A stretch of 64,000 nt of DNA from Leucoraja ocellata (taxonomy: Eukaryota). Location: positions 1,922,001-1,986,000 of the forward strand of contig JAWMAR010000136.1 in assembly GCA_036785375.1 (NCBI GenBank), in the 5' to 3' direction. The notes under the pieces were generated by a model, which did not search any database, was not told the origin of the DNA, and was given only the letters and a program-made list of their open reading frames with translations. The translations under genes and the position numbers were made by a program. This document shows positions 38,539 to 51,394 of this stretch, piece after piece (the first letter of the stretch is position 1; each line of letters begins with the position of its first letter).

Positions 38539-39511
38539 ATAGTGGGATTTATGCAGGGAGACGCAGGCTTTAAGATTTACAGTTCTCTATAAAATCTAGT
38601 ATTCAACTCTTTCGAGTTAAGTGGTGCTCAAAATTATGAAAGGCTTTGTTAAAGAAGATCGGGAAAATCATTTTCTGCTCACAGACGGGTCAATAATCCA
38701 AGGTCACAGAGCTGAAATAAATGTCAAAATTTCAAGGGAGGCTTTTTATTTTACTTAGTGAGAGGGGGCAGTGCAGTGGGTGGAATCTGGGTAATAATAA
38801 TCATGCAAAAGGTTGGTTTAAAATAGTCACGCAGCCCAACAAAAGGAAAATCAAAGATGGAAATATGCGGTTGCAATAAAGCAAATATAAATGATTAAAA
38901 CAAATGGAGAGAAGGGCAGTAGAAGAGCAAGGCAGCCCTTCAGGGTGGAAATACTTCACATATTCACCAAAGCATTCTCCACGAGGAGCAACATTACTGC
39001 TGTCAGGATGACAGAGGAAATTAATGTTAAAATAAAACAGAAAAGAAGAGGCTTGTGAGGAAATAAAGAGTGCATTTAAAACGCAGACAGACCAATGGCC
39101 ACAGAGGGAAATTGAAATAGGATTTTAAAATGCATCAAGACGATTAGTGAATAACATAAAACAGAACCCAATCATCATTTTAAACATGTATAACATAATT
39201 CATGGAGTAGCAAGGATGATCAGGGCAAAAATAAATGTCTTTGTGGAGGCAATGAAGGGGAGGCGGAATGAGTTAATCTCATGTCTTCACAGCGCATTAC
39301 AATGGTAGTGGGCCCATGGACAGTGACCCTTCAATGGCCAGCAGAGTTCACCTGTGCCCTCGATCATTCTGTGGATGGGCCATGCCACCAGTTTGGTCAA
39401 CGCCAGGCACCCGAGACAAACACTGAACTCTCAGTTCCATGACCGGGAATATGCTTCAAGCCTGTTCTCAAAGCCCAACTGACTGGTAGGAGTTCCTAGT
39501 CAAATGCCAAT

Positions 39512-39755
39512 GACACAAAGTGCTGGTTTAACTCAACGATTCATGCAGCATCACTGACGACCATGGATAGGTGACTTCATGGACAGAGATGTTGTCTGGC
39601 CTACTGAGTTACTCCAGCACTGTTCCAATCCAAAACATCACCTATTCTTTTTCTGCAGAGAAGCTGCCTGACCCGCTGAGCTACTCCAAAATGTTGTGTC
39701 CATCTTCGGTATAATACAGCATCTGCAGTTCCTCCCGACAGCATCTGCAGTTCGT
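39512..39755. mobile_element. Cluster of Penelope-derived repeat fragments in both orientations
   Basis: gacacaaagtgctgg..., ctgagttactccagcac, tcacctattc...gctgcctgacccgctgag, duplicated cagcatctgcagtt. Confidence 0.7.
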
Positions 39756-40291
39756 TGTGTCTGCATGATATGCCAAAGTGGAGGAACATAGGAAAGCACT
39801 GAACTCGTCAGGTTTTGACAAGGGAAGATGTGGAGATCGATTACAAATCCTGGAGTTGGGGAGCTGTAGTGGTGCATGGCATCATACACAACGCACCCTG
39901 TCCATCTTGTGAAATATCACGTGCCTTACTGCAGCAGAGTCTCCGCATCCTGCATAGTACACCAGTCACCTCAGAATCTACTGAATTATAGCAGTGGCAA
40001 GTCATCTGGAGAGACACCACAAGTAGAGTAACAAGCCAACAACTGACTAATAGAGAACAGAGATAGAATAAAAATAGAGAGAAGTATGGCAATCACACAA
40101 TGTGCACATTACTCGGTCTGTATGGGATTCTGGCTGACGTGAAGATAGACACAAAGTGCTGGCGTAACTCAGTGGGTTAGACAGTGTCTCTGGAGAAAAA
40201 GGATGGGTGATGTTTTGGGTCTGCACCCTTCCTCAGGCTCTTTGACTGATGTGAAGATGCACAATCTCATAGCATAATCCTTTCAGTGATT

Positions 40292-40473
40292 ATAGAAACA
40301 AAGAACTGCAGATGCAGGATAACAAAAGAAGACATGAAGTGCTGGAGTAACTCAGTGAGTCAGGCTGCATCAGAAACATCTGAAGAAGGGTCTCAACCCA
40401 AAACGTCACCCATTCCTTCTCTCCAGAGATGCTGCCTGTCCCGCTTAATTACTCCAGCATTTTGTATCTATCT
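40292..40473. mobile_element. Penelope-derived repeat (+, 40379-40473) inserted at the end of an opposite-orientation copy
   Basis: 13-bp TSD TGCATCAGAAACA (40366-40378, 40474-40486). Confidence 0.8.
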
Positions 40474-42817
40474 TGCATCAGAAACAATTCAGTGCAGAAG
40501 CAATGCAAATGGTGCTGCAAATATTAGTCTTCACAATATTAGATAGGTCTATGCTTGGAAACTGTAGATTAATCAGCCAAGCATCAATCATACATCACCT
40601 ATTGAATACCAGCATCAAGGACAAATGTCGTTCTCAGGCCAAAAACCAAGGAATAATGAGAGACAATCAACATGCTTTTGTTGAAAGAAATGCCCGATTG
40701 CCAATAGAGTTCTTTAAAGAATTTACAGAGAAGGCTGATAAAGGTTGTGATTGTAGATATGGTGTGAACATTCTTTCAAGATAAAGCATTGTGTACAAAC
40801 ATTTGGAAATAGAAGCACTTGATAATCAAGGCTGATGGTGATTTACAAATGTAATTGGCTAGGATAGAAAAGCAAGGGAATAGAAAGTCATTGCAATGGA
40901 AATTTTAAAGAGAATTAGATATTTTCTACTCCAAATGGGACAATTTTCAGGGTTGTGGAATAACAGCAGGGGATAAGGATTAATGGGTAATTTTCAGAAC
41001 GCTGCCACAGGCAAGACGGGCAATACAGTCTCCTTCTGGTTTGCAAGATCCTATATCCGACAAACCTGTGTTGCTTTTTAGGCTCATTATGTCCAAAAAA
41101 GATGGCAATGAGTCGTACTGCGGTCTCAGCAGTTCAATAGGGTTTCAGATGTTCAATCAGTGAATGAAACAATGGCTGGGCAGAGAGTCTGGACCTCAAG
41201 TTGTGTTTTTCTCATTAAAGACATCTTACTATCTTGCTGATTTATGCAAAACTATTTGTTATTCACTGCTTCTACATCATTTGCTATTGTGAGAGAAAAT
41301 AAATGAAACAATGCGTTTTAGTGCAAAACCCATTTGGTCCTAACTAGACATTCTTCAAGCAACACTGCCTCTGTTATCCTTGCCTATTTCTGCAGGCAGC
41401 ACAGTTAGGAGTTATGAGCAAACATCTGAACACATCTCCATTTGTATAAAGAGGAAAATCAAAGGAAAAAGCACATCAGACAGTTAAGTCAGCATTGGTT
41501 TAGTTCCTCAGGAGACAAAAGCACTCTGATCCTTAAACCTCCAAACATATATGTAAATCTGAGCGTTTGTATCCATCCACACCGAACAAAACCTTACTTG
41601 TCCCAAGGAGGTCTAAACTTTCCATGGTCTTGCAGCCAGAAACAATAAAGCCACCTCAAATGTGTGGAAACGCAATTGGTTATAGTCAAACTAACCTCAA
41701 GCACAGAGCTTTGTCAATGTTATCCCAAGATGCAGAAAGAATGATAGTTAAAACATCTGCACCTGCAGTATAGTTACACATCTGCACCGGCAGTATAGTT
41801 ACACAGAACAGGTGGAAATACCCTGTTTGCTTGTGGTGCAAATGCATCCATTTTCCAGGAAGAGCTGCAGGGCTCCCAGAAGTGTAAAGCATTACTGATG
41901 ATACATAACTGGCCATACATGTCCCCATCCTCAATGTAATCCCTTACATGAATGGAAAAAATGTTCTGGTCTGTCAGTGCGTAGCTAGTTTGTGACCACA
42001 GATACTGAATCAAGTGCGTTAATGCTCATTACCCTGACAGTTGCTATGATACATTCAATTTACAGTCAATATTATTTTAAGGGCCAGAAAGAATGGCTGG
42101 GTGGTTGCTGGGAGACTAAGGCAATATCCACTGAATAGCACAGGGAGACCCAGGGCTGGCGTTAAGGAGCGATATAATAATGTACAATTTGCTACAGGGA
42201 TTCAGTCCAAAAGGCCATCAGCCAACTCAAGCAAGGATTCAAATGCAATTTACAAACCTGGCTCTAACAAGTGTTCAGCTGGCTGCAGAAAATATACAGG
42301 TTAGTACGAAGGCACAAACAAGCATCAGTCGAAGAAAAAAGGACTGCTCTCTGAAAAATAATGAATCACCAACGATAATGAAGTAATTCGAGAACTATTC
42401 ATAAAGTATTTCATCAACTACCACTTTGATACAGCTGAAATACAAAAACAATTCCTGCAAATGTTGAGTAAACACACACAAAATAAATTCATATTGACAA
42501 TGTCCATCTCCATAGCGAGAAAATAACATGCCTTTCTATAACGTACATTATTCTGCCACAATGACATGGAGTAAGTGTTCAACATCACAGACCTGGGCAA
42601 GGTTATTACTGTTAAAGGCGAATGTTGCTAATATGTTCCAAGTGGTGCCCTGGAATTTCTCCTTTATCCCACCATGTGAGGATGCTGCTGTTGTTTCTTC
42701 CCCAGTTCATTTACAGAGCAGTTACAGGAGAAAGAGCAGAAGCTTATAATTAAGAGCTGCTGCTCCCAAATCTCCACCCATGGATGTATCTTGAGATAGA
42801 ACAGTACAACACAAGAA

Positions 42818-43128
42818 GGGCGGCATGGTGGCACAGCGGTAGAGTCGCTGCCTTTCAGCACTTGCAGCACCAGAGACCCAGGTTCCATCTCAACGATGGG
42901 TCTGTACGCAGTCTGTACGGAGTTTTATACGTTCCCCCCGTGACCCCTGGGTTTTCTCTGAGATCTTCAGTTTCCCCCCCACGCTCCAAAGACGTACAGG
43001 TTTGTAGGTACTGTAAATTGGCTTGGTATAAGTGTAAATTGCCCCTAGTGTGTGTAGGATAGTGTTAATGTGTGGCGAATGCTGGTAGGCGCGGACTCGG
43101 TGGGCCTAAACTAAAACTAAACTAAATT
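42818..43128 (+). mobile_element. HE1/V-SINE-like SINE, followed by a minus-strand CR1 tail (to about 43395)
   Basis: gggcggcatggtggcacagcggtagagtcgctgcc...ggtgggcctaaactaaaactaaact. Confidence 0.87.
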
Positions 43129-46100
43129 AAACAGGCCCTTCAGCCCACAACATCCGTGCTGAATATGGTGCCAAGCCCAACCCTTATCTACCTGCACATA
43201 ATCCAGATCCCTCCATTCCTTGCATATCCATATGTCATATCAATCTCAACCACTACAGTATAGACAGTATGCTTCAAGCACTCGCCACCCTCTGTTTTTA
43301 AATATTTGTACATCTGCCTTAAACTTTGTCCCTGTCATCTTAAATCTATGCCCTGTAGAATTTGATTTTTCCATCCTGGGATAAAGGTTCTGAATGTCAA
43401 TCAAATTATTGCTTTTTAACAACTCCACCACTTCTGCTTCAAACTGCGAGTCTTTTACCTAAACCTCAAGCAAACACCGTAACAAAATACTTCTAAAGTG
43501 AATAAAATGCATGCATACAGCTTATGATTTAGTTCTTGCCGATAAATATATCAGAGCAACCAACTTTTCTTAAAAAAATTACAGACATTTTCCAAGCCTT
43601 TGGGGAAGAGAAAATGGTTGATAATCACATTACGCTCCCTGTCTGAAGATTGGACACACTGTCAATATACTCCACTTATAAAACCAATTTATCCTTGAAA
43701 AAGAACTTTGCTTGTGTTTTCTGTTGCAGACATATAATTTGCTATAATTGTACCTCATCGCATTTAGTTAATGTAAACTGCAACTATGTCTAAACTGTTG
43801 ATGTGTGACAGATGACTGGGACATGCCAGCCCAGACTGAAGAAACTCGCTGGAGTAAACAATGAAAGTACAAATGAGCATTGACCATTTTATGTCTGGTT
43901 CAGAAGTTCTATGTAATGGCAGTAAATTAGAATCAATTTGGTTCACTGGAGAGCCAGGCATTTGATCTATGCATGGATCAAGCATTACAATTTACTGCAC
44001 AATTGATAGAAAAGATAGATAAAGAAAGAGTTGTCGGCATTTCATGGATCGGCTGCTGTGCTCAATTTACTTTTACAGTTAATGGACAAAGGGAAAAAAA
44101 ATTCTGGAAAGTATTCTTTGGAGATGAGATCAGAATCAATTCTATCAATATAATCTGGCATTTGTCACTGAAATATTAATCAATAGCATTGTACCACAGG
44201 TTTCTGGATTTGACTACATTTCTGATTATACTATTTGCCATTTGGCCTAAAAGATGTGATATTCCATGTTTCCTTATGGCACAGGAGGCCATTCATCCCA
44301 CTGAGTCTATACCGGCTCACAAAGCAGACTCATCAGTACCTTTCTACACTATTTCTTGCAACCTACAAGTCTGCTCATCAACAATCCTTGATTCTGCAAT
44401 CAGCCATCTACAGTAGGGATAATTTACAATCAAAAAATACCTGACTGGTCAGCTTTGGGGTACCTGCTGATAGGAGCTGAATGACCCTAAAGCAGACAAA
44501 TTGCATTGAAGATCATCCAGTGTGTGACAAGGGTTCTGACCCGAAACATCACCAATCATGTCTTCCAGAGATGCTGGATGACCCGCTGAGTTACTCCAGC
44601 AGTGTGTTATTTATTTTGCGTTTGCCTTTCCCAAGTCAAGTCTGCAGCGAAGCCTTCAGTCATTCTGACTTCTACGGGGCTCTCCCACATTGGGCGATTA
44701 CTGATAGAGTTGCAAATCTAACAACGGCTGCCACTCAGCTCTCAGTCATTTACATGTTGTAAATGTACTAACATGAACTCAAGTCATTGGCATATCATTG
44801 AGGGAAATCGAGTAGATGCCAGGTTCTCTTTGGTTGAATTCGTGTTTTATGAGCTTGCACAGGTGGATATCATGGATCATCAATCTGGCATCATCCTTTC
44901 CTTACTGAATATTCATGCGCATACACATCCCAGAATTTCAGGAGAGAATAAGTGCAGGAAACCATTTCAGGAAAATAATTGAAGGGGAAAAAAGGAAACA
45001 AGTCTCCTGGTCAGATCTTGTTACTATTGCTGTTTTAATTCCAATTCATCAGCTGCTGCAAAAATATTTTTAGACTGTCATAATTATCTCCTCAGGGTAA
45101 CTGTAATCCCACCACATGGGTGAGTTTGGGTTAATTAGAAAGTAAAGCATTAAAAATCTAAAACAGGTCTATCACGTACCATGTTTTAATGGAGGCATGT
45201 TAATTATTGCAATCTTTTGCTTGCCTCTATTTCTATACAGTTTCCATTTTTAAATCCTTGTTGGTCATAATTCCCCAAGCTTGGAAAACCACCCGGTAAA
45301 AGGAGGCAAAGAGGCCTCTATTCATCCCACATGAATATGAATTTTGCAACATTCCTTAATGGACACGGGGAACAGAAGTATTTACTTTTGACCCGTCAAT
45401 AATGTTGCAGCGAACTCTTCACTCAAAATGGTTCAATGGTTCTTTATAATCACGTATACGCAGCACACATGAAATTCCTGTGCACAACCACAAATGCACG
45501 GTCTCCATATTTTGATGGCATTTACAAAGGAAAAAAAACAATCTGAAGTCCGGTCCGCCTGTCGGATGTATCTGAGCGCACCTGATCAAGGTAGGCCCAG
45601 GCTGCTGCAACCCGACATCCCTCTCCCCGCCCGGCCTCCTCTGTGACCCGTGTGAGCACTTACTGCTGCCGACCTTGAAGGCGCTGGAGGCAATACCCCA
45701 GTTCCTCCACTACCGGCCCACTCCTTGCGTCCATCGCCACCAGACAGAGGCCCCCTTGACTCTGCGGCCTCCGAGCTTCTCCTGCAGGCAGCAGCCTGCC
45801 AAGCCATTCTTTACCGCGGTGAACCAGGCATGACGCCGCAAGTGACCAATGGGTCTTAGTTCTCGGTGGTCACTGCATCCCTGTTCTCGGCTGGTACGGC
45901 CTCGTTCATGGTGGTCTTGGCGGTGGCTGGTGCTGTTTGTGGAGGTCGCCGGGTCCGTCCTTGTTCGGCACAGCCAGCCGCGTTGTTAAATACACGTACT
46001 CCAGGCTAAAACTCAGCCTGTCAACAATTCTGGCTTCCAAACAGGAAATAGGTTTCGATATCTAAATATTCACTCCACAACCTCACACTATTCAGGTACG

Positions 46101-48017
46101 GCTATTTTTATTGTGGACCTGCCTGCTGAATTTGAGAGATAATGATTCTTGCAACTCAATTTCTGTTGGTGAAATGATTCTTTCAATATTCACGTTTCAG
46201 CTAAAAATGAGCATTATTAGTTTTATGCACTGCCGTTCCTGAACATATTTGACTTGTGTTTAACAAAATGAAATATACAACAGAAAATTAAACTGTTAAC
46301 AGTCTATTGTATGTGATTGTTCTTGTAACTGAATAGTGAGATATTAGGTGAAGCAAACGAAGATTTAAAAACTCGTCAACCTGTACAAGACTACATTTGT
46401 TTATGAAAATTAAAAAAAAACCATCAGATACGGGAAATCGAAAACAAAAACTGAAAATGCTGGAACGTGTCTGGCTCTAACTGTTGGTGGTGAAACTGAG
46501 TCAATGTTTCAGGTCAGAGAACCTTCAGAAGAACTGGAAATATGACGAAAGAAGCTTGTCAAGCTGCTAAATGCACATTTTAGTTTGGTTCAACTTGAAA
46601 CCAAACTCATTTCTGAAGTCAGTGAAGTCTAATTTGTCAATGTGAAAACAGAGTTCTAAAAGCGAAATAGCACAATGCTGGAGAACTGAAATAGAAATAT
46701 ACGCTGGAAATATTCAACAGGTCAAGCAATATCTGTGCGCACAGAAACAGGGTCAGTGTTTCAGATAGATTACCTTTCATCAGAAATAAGGAGCTGATCA
46801 GATTGAAGTAAATTGCTAGAGAAGACAAACCTGCAGATTTTATTTATAGCTATCCGATACAGGCTAATGAAATGGTAGACAGACTCCTCGCTCTACATCC
46901 TACAACCAATTTTTGTCTTTATGCGAGCATTAATTACACTGATCAACCACAGGGGAGTCATTTTATAATTGATCACTAACAGACATCGCTGAGTAGTTGC
47001 TCCCTGATCACAGCTTGGGAGCAATATAGTGTTAAAACAATACGCACTGCATTAAAATATACACAAAGCTTGATGGTAATTTTTTCTGCTTTTGACTTCA
47101 CAATTTGTTCTTCCATGAACTCCAGATAAACACATACAGTGATCAAACATAATTATTTCTGACAAAGCATAACACTATAGTGCACCACTCTCACCGACTT
47201 GGACTCAAAAGAAAATCTGTCTTGACAAACTATCGGGTGCCTCATACTCCTGCTAATTATCATATACTATGTAATAGAATAAGGTCCAGATCGCATTGGA
47301 ATAAACTGTAATAAAATTGCTCACAGTTCTCCAAATGCCAACGGTAAATAAATTATATTTACCAAAACATCATGCATCGGCATCAGAGATAGGAGACACT
47401 GTTTCTGAGTCCTAATGTGATATCACTATGGCAACATATTTAAATCCTGATGAAGCCATCGCTCAATCTCTAAAACCAATACATGCAATTTTTCAGACCA
47501 CTGGATGTGATATATCCCCATAAAGGGATTGCAGGAGGTAATGACATTCCTCCTATTTCACTGCAATGAGAAAGAATTGTGTATTGCTCTTCCATTCAAA
47601 AACTATGGCAATCCAAAGTCAGTCCTTCGTTCAATTGTCTCTCAGTTAATTACAGCCAAGTTTGGCATCACCTAATTACCACATCAGAAAAATAATCATA
47701 TTTTCAATTAAAATTTCACTTCAAAATTAGAATTATTAATATTAATCATTTGAATCCTCATCTACAGTATTATGCTTGGTGGGATTAACACCATATTAAA
47801 GTATCAACACCCAATGATTTTAACTTCAACATGTTTCAAGAATAAGTAAAACAAAAAATAAATGTTTTTCTTAAACTGGACAATGAAAATAGTCAATTCA
47901 TATAAAGTGAGTGATAATAAATGATAGTTCCACTATTTAAAAAAAATTAGGAACCCGAGGCAGTGAAGACCCAGACAAATCAGGGCGAGCAATGGAATGG
48001 AACCAGGAACACAGTTA

Positions 48018-48760
48018 TGCCCCTGTCCTACTTAGGAAACCTGAACGGAAACCTCTGGTGTTCTTGCGCCCCACCCAAGGTTTCCATGAGTCGCCAGGGG
48101 TTTTGGTCACTTGCCTGGAAAGCCTCGACCGAGGCGTGTGCTGCATCTGCTGACTAAAGATCCTACAGGATCTTAGCTACCGACCGCACACACACACACA
48201 CACATTGCGAAGGTGGGGGCCAGCGACAGCAGAGGAACGCTGTCTGTGCGATGAAGAGGAGGGTAAACGGCTGCCACAGAGCACGGTAAGTCCTTTAGAG
48301 AGCGCGGTTGGGAGGGAGAGAAGGGGAAAGAAGGGGAGAGAAGGACAGACAAGGGGAGAAGAAGGGGAAGAGAAGGGGAGAGAGAAGGGGGGAGAAGGGG
48401 AGAGAAGGGGAGAGTAGGGGAGAGAGAAGGGGGGGGTGAAGGGGAGAGAATAAGTGGAGATCCTACAGGATCTTTGCTGAAAACTCCAATGAGCCAATCA
48501 AAATGGCCGGTCAGCGAAGGAGATTGCCTTCGACTGCCTGTAAGTAAATAGCAACCCTACTCCAAATGGCTTTGACCAAACGGCATTCTATTTTTAGTCG
48601 AGGCTGGTTTTGGTATCGTTGAAATAATCTCAGGAACATAGAAGAAGCCTCGACTATGCGGAAACCACTTTCGACCATTAGAGAGTGTGACCAAAACCTC
48701 CGGGAACCTCACGGACACCTTGGGTGGGGCGCAAGGTCTCCAGAGGAAGTGGGACGGGCA
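48018..48760. mobile_element. PIF/Harbinger-type non-autonomous element with nested insert
   Basis: TSD TTA (48015-48017, 48761-48763). Termini TGCCCCTGTCCTACTT / AAGTGGGACGGGCA. Subterminal inverted repeat cttgcgccccacccaagg / ccttgggtggggcgcaag. Confidence 0.82.
48154..48476. mobile_element. Unclassified small element bounded by palindromic 16-mers
   Basis: AGATCCTACAGGATCT at 48158-48173 and 48458-48473. Flanked by CTGA (48150-48153, 48477-48480). Interior (CA)n and GA-rich tract. Confidence 0.6.
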
Positions 48761-49309
48761 TTAGAATTTTTGTACAAAAAACTCAAATCCTTCTGTTCTC
48801 TTTTTGGTCTATAAAGTAAAACCATACAAATTAGTTGCAGGAGTAGGCCTCCTGGCTCCTCAAGCTTCACAATTCAATATGATTAATTATCTCAACTCCA
48901 CATTAATTTCAGTAACCTTTCACTTTTCTCATCTCCTTCCAGCCCAGACTACGAAGTATCCGTCTTACAACAACAGACAAGGCAACCAATCTATCCCACC
49001 TACCTCTCCTTATTTCCCAGTATATCTGCAACTTGTTCTCTCTCCCTCTCATGCCCATGAACTACCCCTGCTTTCCTCTTGCAGTCAGAATCAAGCCCAG
49101 TCTCTGGAGCTGTGAGATAGCAGCACTAACATGGCTTAAAATAAGTCAAATAATTAGCTTCCAGTGCTCTTCAATGAAAAGAGTTCTGAAAAGCTTACAA
49201 TCTTCCAAGTCAAGGATTTTCACTTGACCTTAGCCTTAAATGGGTGACCTCAAATCTCTATATTTCTCTTAATCACATCTTTCTATCATTTTGGAGGACA
49301 GGAGGATAA

Positions 49310-49632
49310 CATCATGAGGAGAATAGATAGGGTCAATGCACAGAGGCTTTGGGTAAGTCATGAACCAGAAAACATAGGTTTAAGGTGAGAGGGGAAAGAT
49401 TTAATAGGAACCTGAAGGGAAACATTTTCACACAAAGGGTGATGTGTATATGACAAAAAAATGCCAGAGGAAGTAGTTGAGGAATAGCAACATTTCAAAG
49501 ACATTTAGGTACATGCATAGGAAAAGTTATAAGGATATGGGCCAATTGCAAGGAGGTGGGACTAGCATAGATGAGCATTTTTGGTTGCCAATGATAAGGT
49601 TGGCCGAGGGCTTGTTTATGTGCTGTATGGCT
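49310..49632 (+). mobile_element. CR1-type LINE 3' fragment
   Basis: atcatgaggagaatagatagggt...ggtttaaggtgagaggggaaagatttaataggaacctg. Confidence 0.8.
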
Positions 49633-49991
49633 CTTTCTTGTTCTTTATTTCACTTTCTTGTCATTATTTTGATCTATCTTATTCTTAACATTTCTTTATT
49701 TTGGATTTAGATTCAATTCTTGTTTTAGTAAGGCTTCTTCAATCATGGAAGTTACTTGGTAAGTTAAGTATCCTATTGATAGTGTGATATGCATTAAACA
49801 GAACCAGCAGTGACAAAGAAATGGGACTGAGAACAACATCACCATTGCCATATAACTTGAAAAAAGACCAACTATTGCACAAAATCTTTGCAATTCACAA
49901 TAGGACATAGACATGAGTGGAGCTCATTATATACAAGGTTTAGGCTCAGCAGATCAAAGCATTTTTTTCAATGAACAAGTTTGATATTAAC

Positions 49992-50375
49992 TATGTTTAG
50001 GAAGAAATTGCAGATGCTGGTTTAAACCTAAGACAGACACAAAGTGCTGGAGTAACACAGCAGGACAGGCAGCATCTCTGGAGAGAAAGAATGGGTAATG
50101 TTTCGGGTCGAGATCCTTCTTCAGACTGAGTCAGCGATAGGAAACGAGAGATATAGATGGTGATGTAGGGAGATATAGAACAAATTAATAATAGCTATGC
50201 TAGAAAGTAACGATGATAAAGGAAACAGGCCATTGTTAGCTGTTTGCTAGGTGAGAACGAGAAGTTGGTGCGACTTGGGTGGAGGAGAGATGGAGAAAGA
50301 GGGAATGCAGGGGTTACTTAAAGTTAGTGAAATCAATATTCATATTCAATATTCATATCAAAATCAATCTTCATA
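49992..50375 (-). mobile_element. Penelope-like 3' fragment
   Basis: Minus strand ends ORF as MNIDFTNFK*, then 3' UTR and hammerhead-bearing repeat. 9-bp TSD GATATTAAC (49983-49991, 50376-50384). Confidence 0.82.
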
Positions 50376-50486
50376 GATATTAACGACATCTGATGCTTTA
50401 TACTGATAAAAAGAGAACTCGATACTGCCATCCAGCTGGTAATGTGTGTGCTTTTAACTCTTGCTTGCAATGGAAATCACCTCTGA

Positions 50487-51390
50487 ACTATATTACTAAA
50501 AGTCTGATCTTGACCACTTCCTGTTGTTCTGTATATTGATTTTAGAAAAAAAAACTGCTACTTATGGCTGTGATTTTGGCCACCTTATTCAGAATCCCCC
50601 TCCTCTGCGCAGGACAAGAGGATTTTTCCCATCGATGAAAAATAAAAGAGTTATTGGTGTTTAACAAATGTTGCAATTCGCTCTCTGGAAGGCCACACCC
50701 CTTCTGGAGGGACTATAAAACCAGGAAGTGTTGAGTATCCCAGTCAGTCTCTGCAAGATGGGGGAGCGAGAGGGTCACGTCTCTCAGTCTGAGCTGTGAA
50801 TAACACTGAACACATGTCTACTAAACTGTGAGTGGTTTTACTGACCTGTCAGTGCCCTTAATGTTGTTTGAAAATATAGTTTGGAAATGCTAAAGCTGTG
50901 TTGCCTTTGATTTGGAAATGCGAAAGCTGTGTTGCCTTTGATTTGGAAATACTAAAGCTGTGTTGCCTTTGGTTTGGAAGTGCTAAAGCTGTGTTGCCTT
51001 GCCTAATTAAAGCTGCCTTGCATAATTCAAGTTGCCTTGCCTTCCATATAATTAAATGTCTAATCTTGACCACTTCCTGTTTGCGCTTAATATTGATTTT
51101 AGAAAAAACGCTACCACATACGGTTGTGATTTGTGACCATCTTACTCAGAGTCCCCCTCCGCTCATCGAGTGCTGAGGATTTTTCCCATCGATGAAAAAT
51201 ATAATAATTATTAGTGTTTAAAAAATGTTAAGATTCTCTCTCCTGTCAATCACGCCATTAAGGCCATGCCCCTTCTGGGAGGGGGGGAAAGGACTATAAA
51301 ACCCAGAAGTGTGGGTGTGGCTCAGCCTCTGCATGATGGAGGAGGGAGAGGTCACGACTCGCTGTCTTTAGTGGCCTTGCACCCTCCTCC
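50487..51390 (+). mobile_element. Helitron-like non-autonomous element with internal duplication
   Basis: Starts ctatattactaaaa (resembles Helitron TCTATA-type 5' ends). About 290-bp unit present twice (from 50507 and from 51063) around a minisatellite. No 3' CTAG end seen. Confidence 0.5.
50880..51000. repeat. 31-bp minisatellite, about 4 copies
   Basis: tttggaaatgctaaagctgtgttgcctttga units start at 50880, 50911, 50942 and 50973. Confidence 0.9.
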
Positions 51391-51394
51391 ACAG

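Noticed and set aside
39330-40030. Possible Tx1/L1-like coding remnants
   Set aside because: Could not recover a convincing protein motif by eye.
41744-41805. 25-26 bp tandem duplication (similar ones at about 15193-15226 and 33603-33644)
   Set aside because: Ordinary local slippage duplications with no further structure.
48205-48417. Gly/Glu/Arg-rich ORF
   Set aside because: Translation of a GA-rich simple repeat.
50880-51000. 31-bp repeats as a CRISPR array
   Set aside because: Head-to-tail repeats with no spacers, no cas genes, eukaryotic context.
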